This document shows, one piece after another, positions 1 through 8,567 of a DNA stretch of 24,000 nucleotides. Each line of letters opens with the position of its first letter. Position 1 is the stretch's first letter. This DNA is from Massilia psychrophila. GTDB taxonomy: Bacteria; Pseudomonadota; Gammaproteobacteria; Burkholderiales; Burkholderiaceae_D. The stretch lies in assembly GCF_002760665.1 (NCBI RefSeq), contig NZ_PDOB01000003.1:43434-67433 (forward strand), read 5' to 3'. The position numbers and the translations under genes are program-made. The notes below the pieces were generated by a model. The model was not told the DNA's origin. It made no database searches and was given only the letters and a program-made list of their open reading frames with translations.

Positions 1-1
1 G

Positions 2-301
2 GTGCCGCTGGCGGCGGCGCAACCGGTTTTAAACAAGCTGCCGGAGGTGCTGACGCCGACGGGCGCGGCGGTCGACCAGCCGACCGCGGCGACACCGTGG
101 CTGTTCATCGGTGTCGCCAGCGCGGCCGTGTTCGCGCTGATTGGCGTGTTGCTGTATCTGCTGCAACGCAAGCGCAAGGCCGCCAGGTCGGCGCCGGCGG
201 TCCCGGCCAGTTTCGGGTTCATTGCCAGCGTCAGGGACCGTCTGCTGCCGGGCCGTAAAGCTGCCGATTCGGCGGCGGCGGCTAAACCGGGGGGCGGTTA
301 A
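2..301 (+). CDS. 3' end of a CDS entering from upstream; C-terminal single-pass membrane anchor, function unknown
   Basis: The frame is open from the window edge to TAA at 299-301. A hydrophobic helix WLFIGVASAAVFALIGVLLYLL is followed by basic QRKRK. Third-codon positions are GC-rich. Confidence 0.4.
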   Translation: MPLAAAQPVLNKLPEVLTPTGAAVDQPTAATPWLFIGVASAAVFALIGVLLYLLQRKRKAARSAPAVPASFGFIASVRDRLLPGRKAADSAAAAKPGGG

Positions 302-350
302 TCGTTGGCTTCGGAGCAATATTGCAAAAATGACGAGTTAGCGCACGAAC

Positions 351-572
351 TTGTCTACACAAGATCTTTTTTTCGGCTATACTTATTTTCGTGGTCCTGA
401 GGGATCACAAAAACCGGGCCAGGATCTGGCGCAGCCACCAACGATAGCGTGGCGCGACACGCAGATGAACGTTGAAAAAACGCCTGTTCCGGAAGCGGTC
501 CGTTGGGCCAACGATGTGCTCGCGGACGCCGGATGCAACCGGCCAGAGGCGACATCAGGAGATACCTGGTGA
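351..572 (+). CDS. Hypothetical small ORF (73 aa; TTG start, or 35 aa from ATG 466); may instead be a non-coding transcript
   Basis: This is the only + strand ORF between the upstream CDS and a strong terminator at 592-616. It has no Shine-Dalgarno sequence, GC3 is low in its first half, and I recognise no family. Confidence 0.15.
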   Translation: MSTQDLFFGYTYFRGPEGSQKPGQDLAQPPTIAWRDTQMNVEKTPVPEAVRWANDVLADAGCNRPEATSGDTW

Positions 573-591
573 TCGCTCTCAAGAATTGTGG

Positions 592-616
592 AAAACCGCC
601 TCCGGGCGGTTTTTTC
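592..616 (+). terminator. Rho-independent terminator
   Basis: aaaccgcc-tccg-ggcggttt hairpin followed by a T-run (ggcggttttttc). Confidence 0.7.
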
Positions 617-642
617 ATGGGCGTACGAAAACGCTCTCCCAA

Positions 643-666
643 TAAAAAAGCGCCCCGCAGGGCGCT
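643..666 (-). terminator. Rho-independent terminator downstream of fliT
   Basis: On the minus strand, agcgccc-tgcg-gggcgct is followed by ttttttatt. It lies 19 nt after the fliT stop codon and faces the + strand terminator at 592-616. Confidence 0.7.
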
Positions 667-684
667 GTCGTTGTCAGCATAAAT

Positions 685-966
685 TTAGTGTGCGGCTATT
701 GCCTGTTCCACTGGGCTCATCCACGTCTCGGTGACGTCGCGAATCGCGCGGTCGTTGGCCATGATCTGCTTGAGCAGGTCGATCTTGCGCAGGCGCGGCG
801 CACCCGACAGGGCAGGGACACCCGTCAGGGTAGCTGCGGCTTGGTCGGCGCACTGGTTTTCAAGCCGGTCCAAGGTATTCCAATCGCCCGCTTGCGCCGC
901 CAGCGACATTTTGGCCGTCAGGCCTGCAAGGTTTTCATACATCGAGAGAACTTCGTTTGATGTCAT
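685..966 (-). CDS. fliT: Flagellar export chaperone FliT-like protein (93 aa)
   Basis: Small helical protein with the FliT-like pattern YE.L...T..M...A..GDW..L..LE..C and K..LL..I...D..IR....WM. It is preceded by a near-consensus sigma-28 promoter and followed by a terminator. Confidence 0.55.
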   Translation of the reverse strand: MTSNEVLSMYENLAGLTAKMSLAAQAGDWNTLDRLENQCADQAAATLTGVPALSGAPRLRKIDLLKQIMANDRAIRDVTETWMSPVEQAIAAH

Positions 967-1010
967 TGTCGCACCGGCTAAAAATTGATTGGATTACTGA
1001 TTGTCCTTAC

Positions 1011-1037
1011 ATAACGGCTGCCTACCGGCAAACTTTA
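1011..1037 (-). promoter_or_regulatory. Sigma-28 (FliA) class III flagellar promoter
   Basis: The minus strand reads TAAAGTTT-gccggtaggca-GCCGTTAT. The consensus is TAAAGTTT-N11-GCCGATAA, so the -35 matches 8/8, the spacer is 11 nt and the -10 matches 6/8. It lies about 45 nt upstream of the fliT ATG. Confidence 0.55.
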
Positions 1038-1275
1038 GGATGTTTGCGAAAATAATTGAAAATTCTTTCAATTTGTTACGTCAAACAGTAACGTTGAAAG
1101 AAAAAAATGTAAATCCGATAAGCTTGCCTGCATCTGGTCTGCATCTTGCCCGCCGCCGCGCGCCGATCGGCAAGGATATCGGCGAGCTGAAGCTGACCCC
1201 GCTCATCGACAAGCAGCAGCAGACGCTGACGTCTAACCTGACGCGGCTTTTGGTGCCGGGGCGCTTGGGAAAGCC

Positions 1276-1794
1276 ATGATCGCCACGACGATGGAGCCAA
1301 CCGACGCGCGCCGCCTGCTGCCGAGCTGGGACGAGCCGTCGTTTCGCGCGAGAAGCGGGAACTCCTCGATGGCCAGGTCGAGCGCGCATCGATCCTCAAT
1401 CTCGACGCGCGCAAGACCATCCACGGTCAGGCATAAGTATTCCAACACCACCGGCGCCGACTTGTGGGCCGCGCTGGAAAAACTTCTGGCAATCCGGTCG
1501 AGGACGGCCGGCGTCAGTCCGTCGATGATCGACTTCGTGATGAACGTGGCGGGGCGCAATGCCGACGGCGCGACTGTTGCCGCGAGCGAGCACATCGACC
1601 AGGCCTGGGCGTTCGCCGTCGCCAACCGCGACAAGCTGATGAAAGACCAGGATGCGATTGGCCAGAACAAGGCGTTTTCGGATATCGTTGCCAGTTCCAG
1701 CGATCCAGATGTCGCAGCCCGGCGCGTCGGCAACGGCATCCGGCTCCGCGCGGCGCAGAAGGCCGCTTGCTGCCGCAAGTGCGCGCCGCATTGA
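1276..1794 (+). pseudogene. Collapsed remnant of an M1-family aminopeptidase N gene
   Basis: ATTMEPTDARRLLPSWDEPSFRA matches the conserved M1 segment TQFEPTDARRAFPCFDEPxFKA. About 35 codons later comes HKYSNTTGADLWAALEK, with SGNPVED in a shifted frame. C-terminal-domain-like WAFAVANRDKLMK and SSSDPDVAA follow. The GAMEN and HExxH-E catalytic core that should lie between these pieces is absent. Only about 0.5 kb remains of an expected 2.6 kb or so. Confidence 0.6.
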
Positions 1795-1854
1795 CATGAC
1801 ATGAAACCGTTGCACCACGCTCGACCATCAAAGCGACACCACGAAGGGGACCAC

Positions 1855-3907
1855 ATGAAGCCAAGCTGGACACCCATCAAGATTACCATCACCCTTGCCG
1901 CCTGCGGCGCCATGCTGGCGCTTTCGCCGGCCGGCGCCCAGGTGACGGCGCCGGCAGCGTCGGCGGCATCGAGCGCCGGGCCGGCCACGATAGCCATGCT
2001 GCCGGGCGACGATTTTTTCGCCTACGCCAATCGCGACTGGCTGGTCAAGACCGAGATCCCGGCCGACCGCAGCAGCTGGGGTGCGTTTGCCGCGATCGCC
2101 GAAGACACGAACGCTCGCATCGTCAAGATGTTCGCCGCCATCGACGCCGACAGGAAGTCCGGCGTGGAGGCGCGCAAGGTGGCGGCGTTTTATTCAAGTT
2201 ACATGGACGAGGCGGCAATCGAGGCGAAGGGCGGATCGCCGCTCAAACCAATGTTGGCTGCCATCGACGCCATCAAGGACAAGGCGGCGCTCACGCGTGC
2301 GCTGGGCGCTTCGCTGCGCGCCGACGTCGATCCGCTCAACAACACCAACTTTTTTACCGAGAACGTTTTTGGGTTGTGGGTGGCCCAGGGCTTGTCCGAT
2401 TCGTCGCGCAACATGGTGTATTTGCCGCAGGGCGGCCTGGGCATGCCCGACCGCGCCTATTACCTGACCGACAGTCCAAAGATGGCGGAACTGCGGACAA
2501 AATACCTGCAGCACATCGGCGCCATGCTCAAGCTGGCCGGCTACTCCGACAGCGAAGCGCGCGCGGCCAAGGTGTTCGCGCTGGAAATGGACATCGCCAG
2601 GTCGCACGCCACGCGCGAAGATTCGGCCGACGTCATGAAGGGCAACAACACCTGGACCTTGAACGATTTCGCCAGCAACGCGCCGAGTATCGACTGGCCG
2701 GCTTTCTTCAAGAGCGCCGGGCTCGGCGCGCAGACCAAATTCATCGTCTGGCATCCGGGCGCCGCCAAAGGCGAAGCGGCGCTGGTCGCCAGCGCGCCCC
2801 TGGCCAGCTGGAAGGATTACCTGGCCTTCCACCAGATCAACCATTTCGCGCCCAACCTGTCGAAGGCTTTCGTCGACCAGCGCTTCGCGTTCTACGGCGC
2901 GGCGCTGTCGGGCACGCCGAAACAGTCGGCACGCTGGAAGCGCGCGTTGGCCGCCACCAACATCGCGCTCGACCAGCCGGTCGGCAAGGTCTACGTCGAA
3001 CGCAATTTCGCCGCTGAAGACAAGGCGCGTGTGAAGCAGATGGTGACCAACATCGTCGCCGCCTTCAGCAAACGGATCGACAAGCTCGACTGGATGGCGC
3101 CAGCCACCCGCGCCCAGGCGCAGGAAAAGCTCAAGACCTTGTATGTCGGCGTCGGCTACCCGGACACATGGGCGTCGTATGCGGCACTGAAGGTTGTGCC
3201 CGGCGACGCGTTCGGCAACGTCGTGCGCGCCGAGAAATTTCATACCGCGCAGCGGCTAGCCAAGTTGAACAAGAAGATCGACAAAACCACATGGTCGATG
3301 CCGCCGCAACTGGTGAACGCGGTCAACATGCCGCTGTAAAATGCGATCGTGTTCCCGGCCGCGATCCTGCAGCCGCCGTTCTACGATCCGAAAGCATCCG
3401 ATGCCACCAATTACGGCGCCATCGGCAGCGTGATCGGCCATGAAATCAGCCACAGCTTCGACGACCAGGGTGCCCAGTTCGACGCCCAGGGCCGGCTGCG
3501 CGACTGGTGGACCGAAGAAGACAAGGAGCATTTCAAGCAAGCTGGTGGCCCAGTTTTCAGCCTACAAGCCGTTCCCCGACCTGGCCGTCAACGGCAACCT
3601 GACCTTGTCCGAAAACCTGGCCGACCTGGCCGGCTTGGCGGCATCGTACGACGCTTACCGCACCACCCTGGCAGGCAAGCCGGCTGCCGCCGATGCCGAC
3701 AAGGCGTTTTTTCTCGGCTTCGCACACAGCGAGCGCAGCAAGATGCGCGAGGCGCAGCTGCGCCGCATCGTGATGACCGACGGCCATGCGCCATCGCAGT
3801 ACCGCGCGGCGACGGTGCGCAACATCGACGCCTGGTACACCGCCTTTAACGTCCAGCCCGGTGAGGCCCTGTACCTGCCGCCTGCCGAGCGAGTGCGGGT
3901 CTGGTAA
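1855..3907 (+). pseudogene. M13 family zinc metalloendopeptidase (PepO/neprilysin/ECE-like), disrupted by a nonsense codon and a frameshift
   Basis: GGGGA RBS before ATG 1855 and signal peptide MKPSWTPIKITITLAACGAMLALSPAGAQ. M13 motifs present: GDDFFAYANRDWL, NAIVFPAAILQPPFYD, zinc site GHEISH (3436-3453), SENLADLAGL and the C-terminal RVRVW. An in-frame TAA at 3337-3339 sits inside the conserved VNAxxxPxxNAIVFPA segment. The frame shifts from frame 1 to frame 2 near 3535-3542 (HFKQ / KLVAQFSAYKP). Confidence 0.8.
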
Positions 3908-3940
3908 ACTAATGCTAGCCAAGTCGCGTCGCGCCGGCTT

Positions 3941-3964
3941 GCGCCGCGCGGCGCGTTTTTTTTT
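3941..3964 (+). terminator. Rho-independent terminator after the M13 gene
   Basis: GC palindrome gcgccgcgcggcgc followed by a 9-T run. Confidence 0.6.
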
Positions 3965-3979
3965 CGACCGCATACCGCC

Positions 3980-4603
3980 ATGACCACCGACATCGACGAC
4001 ATCACCCGCCGCACCCTCGACTATTACGACGGCCACGCCCAGCAGTTCTTCGCCGGCACGATCGACCATGACGTGTCGCAAAATATCGCTGCGCTGCTTG
4101 GCGCGATTGAGTCGACGCTCCCGTTCACCATCCTCGACCTCGGCTGCGGTCCGGGCCGCGACCTGAAAACCTTCAGCATGCTGGGCCACCGCGCCATCGG
4201 CGTCGACGGCGCGGCGCAGTTTGTCGACATGGCGCGCGCCTTCAGCGGCTGCGAAGTGTGGCAGCAGGATTTTGTCCACCTCGACCTGCCGCCGGCAATG
4301 TTCGACGGCATCTTCGCCAACGCGGTGCTGTTCCACGTACCCAGTGCCGCCTTGCCGAAAGTATTGAAAGACCTGTATGCCGCGTTGAAACCGGGTGCGG
4401 TGCTGTTCACTTCCAATCCGCGCGGCCATAACGAAGAGGGCTGGCAAGGCCCGCGCTATGGCAGCTACTACGATGTCGAGACGTGGCAGCACTACCTGGT
4501 GGCCGCGGGTTTTTCACCGCTGCATCACTACTACCGGCCGCCCAACTTGCCACGCGACCAGCAGCCGTGGCTGGCCAGCGTGTGGCGTAAACCGGTGCGT
4601 TAA
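3980..4603 (+). CDS. Class I SAM-dependent methyltransferase (207 aa)
   Basis: Motif I ILDLGCGPGRDL, then the acidic loop GVDGA and motif IV-like FDGIFANAVLFHV, which is the typical Methyltransf_11/25 layout. The substrate cannot be inferred. Confidence 0.8.
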   Translation: MTTDIDDITRRTLDYYDGHAQQFFAGTIDHDVSQNIAALLGAIESTLPFTILDLGCGPGRDLKTFSMLGHRAIGVDGAAQFVDMARAFSGCEVWQQDFVHLDLPPAMFDGIFANAVLFHVPSAALPKVLKDLYAALKPGAVLFTSNPRGHNEEGWQGPRYGSYYDVETWQHYLVAAGFSPLHHYYRPPNLPRDQQPWLASVWRKPVR

Positions 4604-4673
4604 GTGGCGAACAGAGGCTTCATTTGATTACGCCTATTCTGATTCCTCCCAACCATTAAATGAGGTACTCAAA

Positions 4674-4856
4674 ATGAACAAAGACCAAGCCAAAGGCAAG
4701 GCCAAAGACATCGGCGGCAAGATACAGCAAGAAGTTGGCAAGGCTGTCGGCAGCAACAAGCAGCAAGCCCAAGGACTGGGCAAGCAGGCCGAGGGCAAAA
4801 TGCAGGAGAAGGCAGGCGATGTGAAAGACGCCGTCAAGGGCAGCGGCAATCGCTGA
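4674..4856 (+). CDS. CsbD-family general stress protein (60 aa)
   Basis: MNKDQAKGKAKDIGGKIQQEVGKAVGSNKQQAQGLGKQAEGKMQEKAGDVKDAV is the classic CsbD repeat pattern. A GAGG RBS lies 8 nt upstream of ATG 4674. The 153-aa ORF in the track is an upstream overextension. Confidence 0.85.
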   Translation: MNKDQAKGKAKDIGGKIQQEVGKAVGSNKQQAQGLGKQAEGKMQEKAGDVKDAVKGSGNR

Positions 4857-4906
4857 GCTGCCTTACCGGGCTCAGGCCGGTGTGGGGCATGATCGTTGCA
4901 GCCTCC

Positions 4907-5662
4907 TTAAAAATTCCTGCCGGTGATGGTGCTGCCGTCTGGCCGCGTAATGGTGAATTTGGCCTTGGCGCCAAGAGTGCCGGCAGGGCTCGCTTCGAAA
5001 CAGTAGGCGTCGGAACCGATCGGTGTCGCACTGGCGTTTTCCTGGCGCGTGGTGAGGCAGAACATGGTCAGCGCACCGTCGTTTTCGACCGACCAGTTGT
5101 AGGTGCTGGTGCCGAGCTTTTGCCCATTGGGTGTGCATCCCGCGTTACCGTCGAGTACGAACATGGCGCCGCTGGTGCCAACCGCGCTTGCGCCCGGCAA
5201 GGCCGGCATCGTGCCGCGCAGGCCGAAACAGGCGCCATTGGTGGTACTCACGCCGACCATCGACGCGCCATTGAAGTACAGCGTGCCGTCGCTGCTGACC
5301 GGGTTGGCGCCGGCGATGGTGAAGCGGATCGACTGGTCAATCGTTTGCCCGCTGGCGCCGGTCAGCGCAAAACTGCGGTTGGCGCCGGGTTTCATGATCA
5401 CCGACAGATCGAACGCTCGGGCATCCGGGGTCTTGCCGCTCATGGCCCAGGTGTGCGGAGCGCCGAGGTAGTCGCGCCACGCGGCGTTGATGTCGACGCC
5501 GCCGGTGACGACCGGACCCGGTGCAATGACAGGCGGAGGCGCTGAGCCGCCGCCACTGGCACCGCCACCGCCGCCACCGCCGCACGCCGCCAGCAAGGCG
5601 GCAAGGGTGACGGTGACGGTGAGGGCGAAGGGCGGCGAGGTATGTTTGGGCAGGTAGTTCAT
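4907..5662 (-). CDS. Hypothetical lipoprotein (251 aa)
   Basis: Signal peptide with lipobox LLAAC followed by a Gly-rich linker (GGGGGGGASGGGSAPPP). The mature part is beta-rich with four Cys. An AGGAGG-like RBS is present (gaggaggattca before the ATG). I recognise no family. Confidence 0.7.
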   Translation of the reverse strand: MNYLPKHTSPPFALTVTVTLAALLAACGGGGGGGASGGGSAPPPVIAPGPVVTGGVDINAAWRDYLGAPHTWAMSGKTPDARAFDLSVIMKPGANRSFALTGASGQTIDQSIRFTIAGANPVSSDGTLYFNGASMVGVSTTNGACFGLRGTMPALPGASAVGTSGAMFVLDGNAGCTPNGQKLGTSTYNWSVENDGALTMFCLTTRQENASATPIGSDAYCFEASPAGTLGAKAKFTITRPDGSTITGRNF

Positions 5663-5869
5663 TGAATCCTCCTCATTGATTATGAATATTATTTGTTAGA
5701 GGCGCCAGACGCCGCAGTGACCGATGAGAATGGCGGTAGTTTGATCCAGCATAAGCAAACCTTGAATGCTGGGTTAACGTACGATCCCGCACAGACCGTC
5801 TGTTGCGCGCGCGCTATTCTGGCGTATCTGCATGGCCATCCGGGCATGTGCTATTCAAGGAGCTCCACC

Positions 5870-6049
5870 ATGAACAAAGATCAGATCAACGGCAAACTGC
5901 AAGACATCGGCGGCAAAATCCAGGAAGAGGCCGGCAAGCTGACGGGCAGCACCGAACAGCAGGCCAAAGGCCTGGCCAACCAGGTCGAAGGCAAGACCCA
6001 GGAAAAGCTCGGCGACGCCAAGGAAATCCTCAAGGACGCGACCAATTAA
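5870..6049 (+). CDS. CsbD-family general stress protein, second paralog (59 aa)
   Basis: MNKDQINGKLQDIGGKIQEEAGKLTGSTEQQAKGLANQVEGKTQEKLGDAKE, with an AAGGAG RBS 7 nt upstream. By eye it is roughly half identical to the paralog at 4674-4856. Confidence 0.85.
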   Translation: MNKDQINGKLQDIGGKIQEEAGKLTGSTEQQAKGLANQVEGKTQEKLGDAKEILKDATN

Positions 6050-6078
6050 GTTTGGTGAAGCAAAAGACAGACGCAACG

Positions 6079-6110
6079 AAAAACAGCCGCGAATTTCGCG
6101 GCTGTTTTTT
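6079..6110. terminator. Bidirectional rho-independent terminator (csbD on +, dipeptidyl peptidase on -)
   Basis: aaaaa-cagccgcg-aattt-cgcggctg-tttttt: an 8-bp stem flanked by an A-run and a T-run, lying between two convergent genes. Confidence 0.75.
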
Positions 6111-6133
6111 GTGCTTCGATGTTGTGTTCCCGC

Positions 6134-8344
6134 TTAACGCGGGTCGAGATTCTTCTTGAAAAATGCCTCGATGGTGGCGTACACGTGGCGCTGGCCGGCG
6201 CGCGAGGAGATGCCGTGCTTGGCGCCAGGATAGGTCATCAGGTCGAACTTGATGCCGCGGTTGACCAGGCCGTCGATCAGGCGGGTGGTGTTGGTGAACA
6301 GCACATTGTCATCGGCCATGCCGTGAATCAGCAGCAGCGGCGACTTCAGGCCATCGAGGTGGGCGAACACGCCGCTCTGCTTGTAGGCTTCGGGGTCGGA
6401 CTTGGGCGTGGCGCCGACGAACTGTTCGGTGTAGTGGGTATCGTACAGCGCCCAGTCGGTCACCGGCGCCACCGACACGCCCATCGCGATCTTGCTTGAC
6501 GCGGCCGACAGCAGGCGCAGGCTCATGAACCCGCCGTAGCTCCAGCCGAATACGCCGACCCGCTTCGGATCGACGAACTTCTGCTTGGCCAGCCAATCGA
6601 TGCCGGTGACCTGGTCTTCGACCTCGTGCTTGCCCAGTTCCTTGTAGATGACGTCGGTGAATACGCGTTCGCGGCGCGAAGAACCGCGGTTATCGAGCCG
6701 GAACACGACGTAGCCTTGCTGCGCCATGTACTGGTCGAAATAGTTGCCCCATTTGCGGGCCACGTGCTGGGCGTGCGGGCCGCCGTAGGTCGACAGGAAC
6801 ACCGGGTAGCGCTTGCTGGCCTTGAAGTTGCTCGGTTTGATCATCGAGTAGTACAGCGTCTGGCCGTCGTTTGACGTCAAAGTGCCGTATTCGGTGGCCA
6901 GGTGGTCCAGCTTGAATTTGGCGTACGGATGGCTGCCGTCCAGTTCATTGCGCTCGAGCCAGCCGACCATCGCGCCGTCTGGCTTCCTGATCGAAATTTG
7001 CGGCGGCGTGTTCGGGTCCGAGAACGTATCGACGAATACTTCGCCGTTGCGCGAGAACGCCGCCTCGTGCCAGCCGTCGGCGGTGGTGATGCGAACCGGA
7101 GCGTCGGCGCCGCTGCCGTCAAGCGGGAGCGAATAGATCTGCTTGTCGACGACGTTGTCGCGGTTCGACGAAACGAACACGCGGCCGGTCTTTTCGTCGA
7201 CCGCCTGGACGTTGTCGATGCCCCAGGCGCCGCTCGACACGGTATGTATCAGCTTGCCATCCATGCCGTACAGATACAGGTGATTGCGGCCGCTGCGTTC
7301 GGACGACCATAGGAAGGCGTTCTGGCTTTCCAGGAAACGCAGGTCGTCGTGGATACTGACCCAGGTGGCCGAGGTTTCGGTGAGCAGCGTGCGCTGGGCC
7401 AGGGTGGCAGCATCGACCGCGATCAGGTCGAGGCGCTTCTGGTCGCGCGACTGGCGCTGGTACACCAAAAATTTGCTGTCGGCGCTGAAGTCGGCGCGTA
7501 CCAGGTAAATGTCCTTGTCGGCGCCGATGTCTACTTTGCGCTGCACGCCGGTAGCGGGCGAGACGATCATCAGCTCGGCGATGACGTTGGGGTCGCCGGC
7601 GGCCGGGTAACGCTGCTCGACGACGTCGGTACGGTCGGCAAAAATTTCGAAGCGACGCACCACCGGCACCGGCGCTTCGTCGAAGCGCTTGTAGGCGATG
7701 GCCGAATCGTCCGGCGCCCAGTAGTAACCGGTACGCTGGCCCATTTCTTCCTGCGCCACGAATTCGGCTTCGGCGTTGTGGATGGTGTCTTTTCCGTCAC
7801 TGGTCAGCTGCTTTTCGGCACCCGTGGTGAGGTCGATCACCACCAGGTTCTGGTTGCGCACGAACGAGACGTAGCGGCCCTTGGGTGAAATTTTCGGATC
7901 GGCGACATTGCCGGAAGCGACTTTACGCGCGCTGTCCGGATGGGCGGCGTCGACCAGGTACAGGTCGCCGCCGATCGGCACCAGCAGCTGCTTGCCGTCG
8001 GGCGACCAGCTGTAGTTCAGGATGCCGGTCAGGTTGGCGCTGCGGGAGCGCTCGCGGCGCGCCTGTTCCTCGGGTGAAATCGATTCGTTCGGCACCAGCA
8101 GTTTCGAGTCGACCAGGCGATGCGTCGTCTTGTCCTTCATGTTGAATTCCCACAGGTCCAGCTGGAACTGGTTGTCGGCACGGCCGCGCAGGAACGTGAT
8201 GCGTTCGCCGTCAGGCGATACGCGCAGGTTGCGCACGCCAGGTCCCGCCAGCGCCGGGTCGGCGTGGATACGGTCCAGTGTCAGGCGTTCGGCAGATGCG
8301 GGAACGGCCGACATGGCGGCTAAAAAACAAAGGAAAAAACGCAT
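6134..8344 (-). CDS. S9B family dipeptidyl-peptidase IV (736 aa, secreted)
   Basis: Signal peptide MRFFLCFLAAMSAVPASA. The DPPIV N-terminal beta-propeller region is followed by an alpha/beta hydrolase domain with catalytic GWSYGGF (Ser), HGMADDNV (Asp) and GAKHG (His). The start is set at ATG 8344; the 60 codons upstream in the track ORF look non-coding. Confidence 0.9.
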   Translation of the reverse strand: MRFFLCFLAAMSAVPASAERLTLDRIHADPALAGPGVRNLRVSPDGERITFLRGRADNQFQLDLWEFNMKDKTTHRLVDSKLLVPNESISPEEQARRERSRSANLTGILNYSWSPDGKQLLVPIGGDLYLVDAAHPDSARKVASGNVADPKISPKGRYVSFVRNQNLVVIDLTTGAEKQLTSDGKDTIHNAEAEFVAQEEMGQRTGYYWAPDDSAIAYKRFDEAPVPVVRRFEIFADRTDVVEQRYPAAGDPNVIAELMIVSPATGVQRKVDIGADKDIYLVRADFSADSKFLVYQRQSRDQKRLDLIAVDAATLAQRTLLTETSATWVSIHDDLRFLESQNAFLWSSERSGRNHLYLYGMDGKLIHTVSSGAWGIDNVQAVDEKTGRVFVSSNRDNVVDKQIYSLPLDGSGADAPVRITTADGWHEAAFSRNGEVFVDTFSDPNTPPQISIRKPDGAMVGWLERNELDGSHPYAKFKLDHLATEYGTLTSNDGQTLYYSMIKPSNFKASKRYPVFLSTYGGPHAQHVARKWGNYFDQYMAQQGYVVFRLDNRGSSRRERVFTDVIYKELGKHEVEDQVTGIDWLAKQKFVDPKRVGVFGWSYGGFMSLRLLSAASSKIAMGVSVAPVTDWALYDTHYTEQFVGATPKSDPEAYKQSGVFAHLDGLKSPLLLIHGMADDNVLFTNTTRLIDGLVNRGIKFDLMTYPGAKHGISSRAGQRHVYATIEAFFKKNLDPR

Positions 8345-8567
8345 GGATTGTCTCGATGTGATTGGTTGAACTGGAACAACTTCGAAACGATACCAGAGTC
8401 GGGTGGTGAACGCTGAACATACGGGAAGCCCTTGTATAAGCGAGCACGCTACAGTCAGGCCGTCGTTCCCGCGCAGGCGTTTCGCCCGATTTGGTAGCGG
8501 ACCGACGCAATTGGATCCCCGCATTCGCGAGGATGACGGCGTCGGAGCTTGTGGGAAGGAGACGATG

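Noticed and set aside
3337-3339. The in-frame stop in the M13 gene as programmed read-through or recoding.
   Set aside because: The codon is TAA, not TGA, and no recoding signal is evident. A second independent lesion (the frameshift near 3540) makes a pseudogene or sequencing error the simpler explanation.
8345-8524. A 60-codon 5' extension of the dipeptidyl-peptidase ORF.
   Set aside because: A canonical signal peptide begins at the internal ATG 8344, and the upstream part overlaps REP-like intergenic sequence.
8465-8538. Degenerate REP-like fragments (ttcccgcgcaggcg, and ggatccccgcattcgcgaggatgacg, which forms an imperfect hairpin). They resemble the widespread IPAQAG / IPAFAGMT-type repeats of Burkholderiales.
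   Set aside because: Each occurs only once in the window and both are imperfect. I cannot show repetitiveness without the whole genome.
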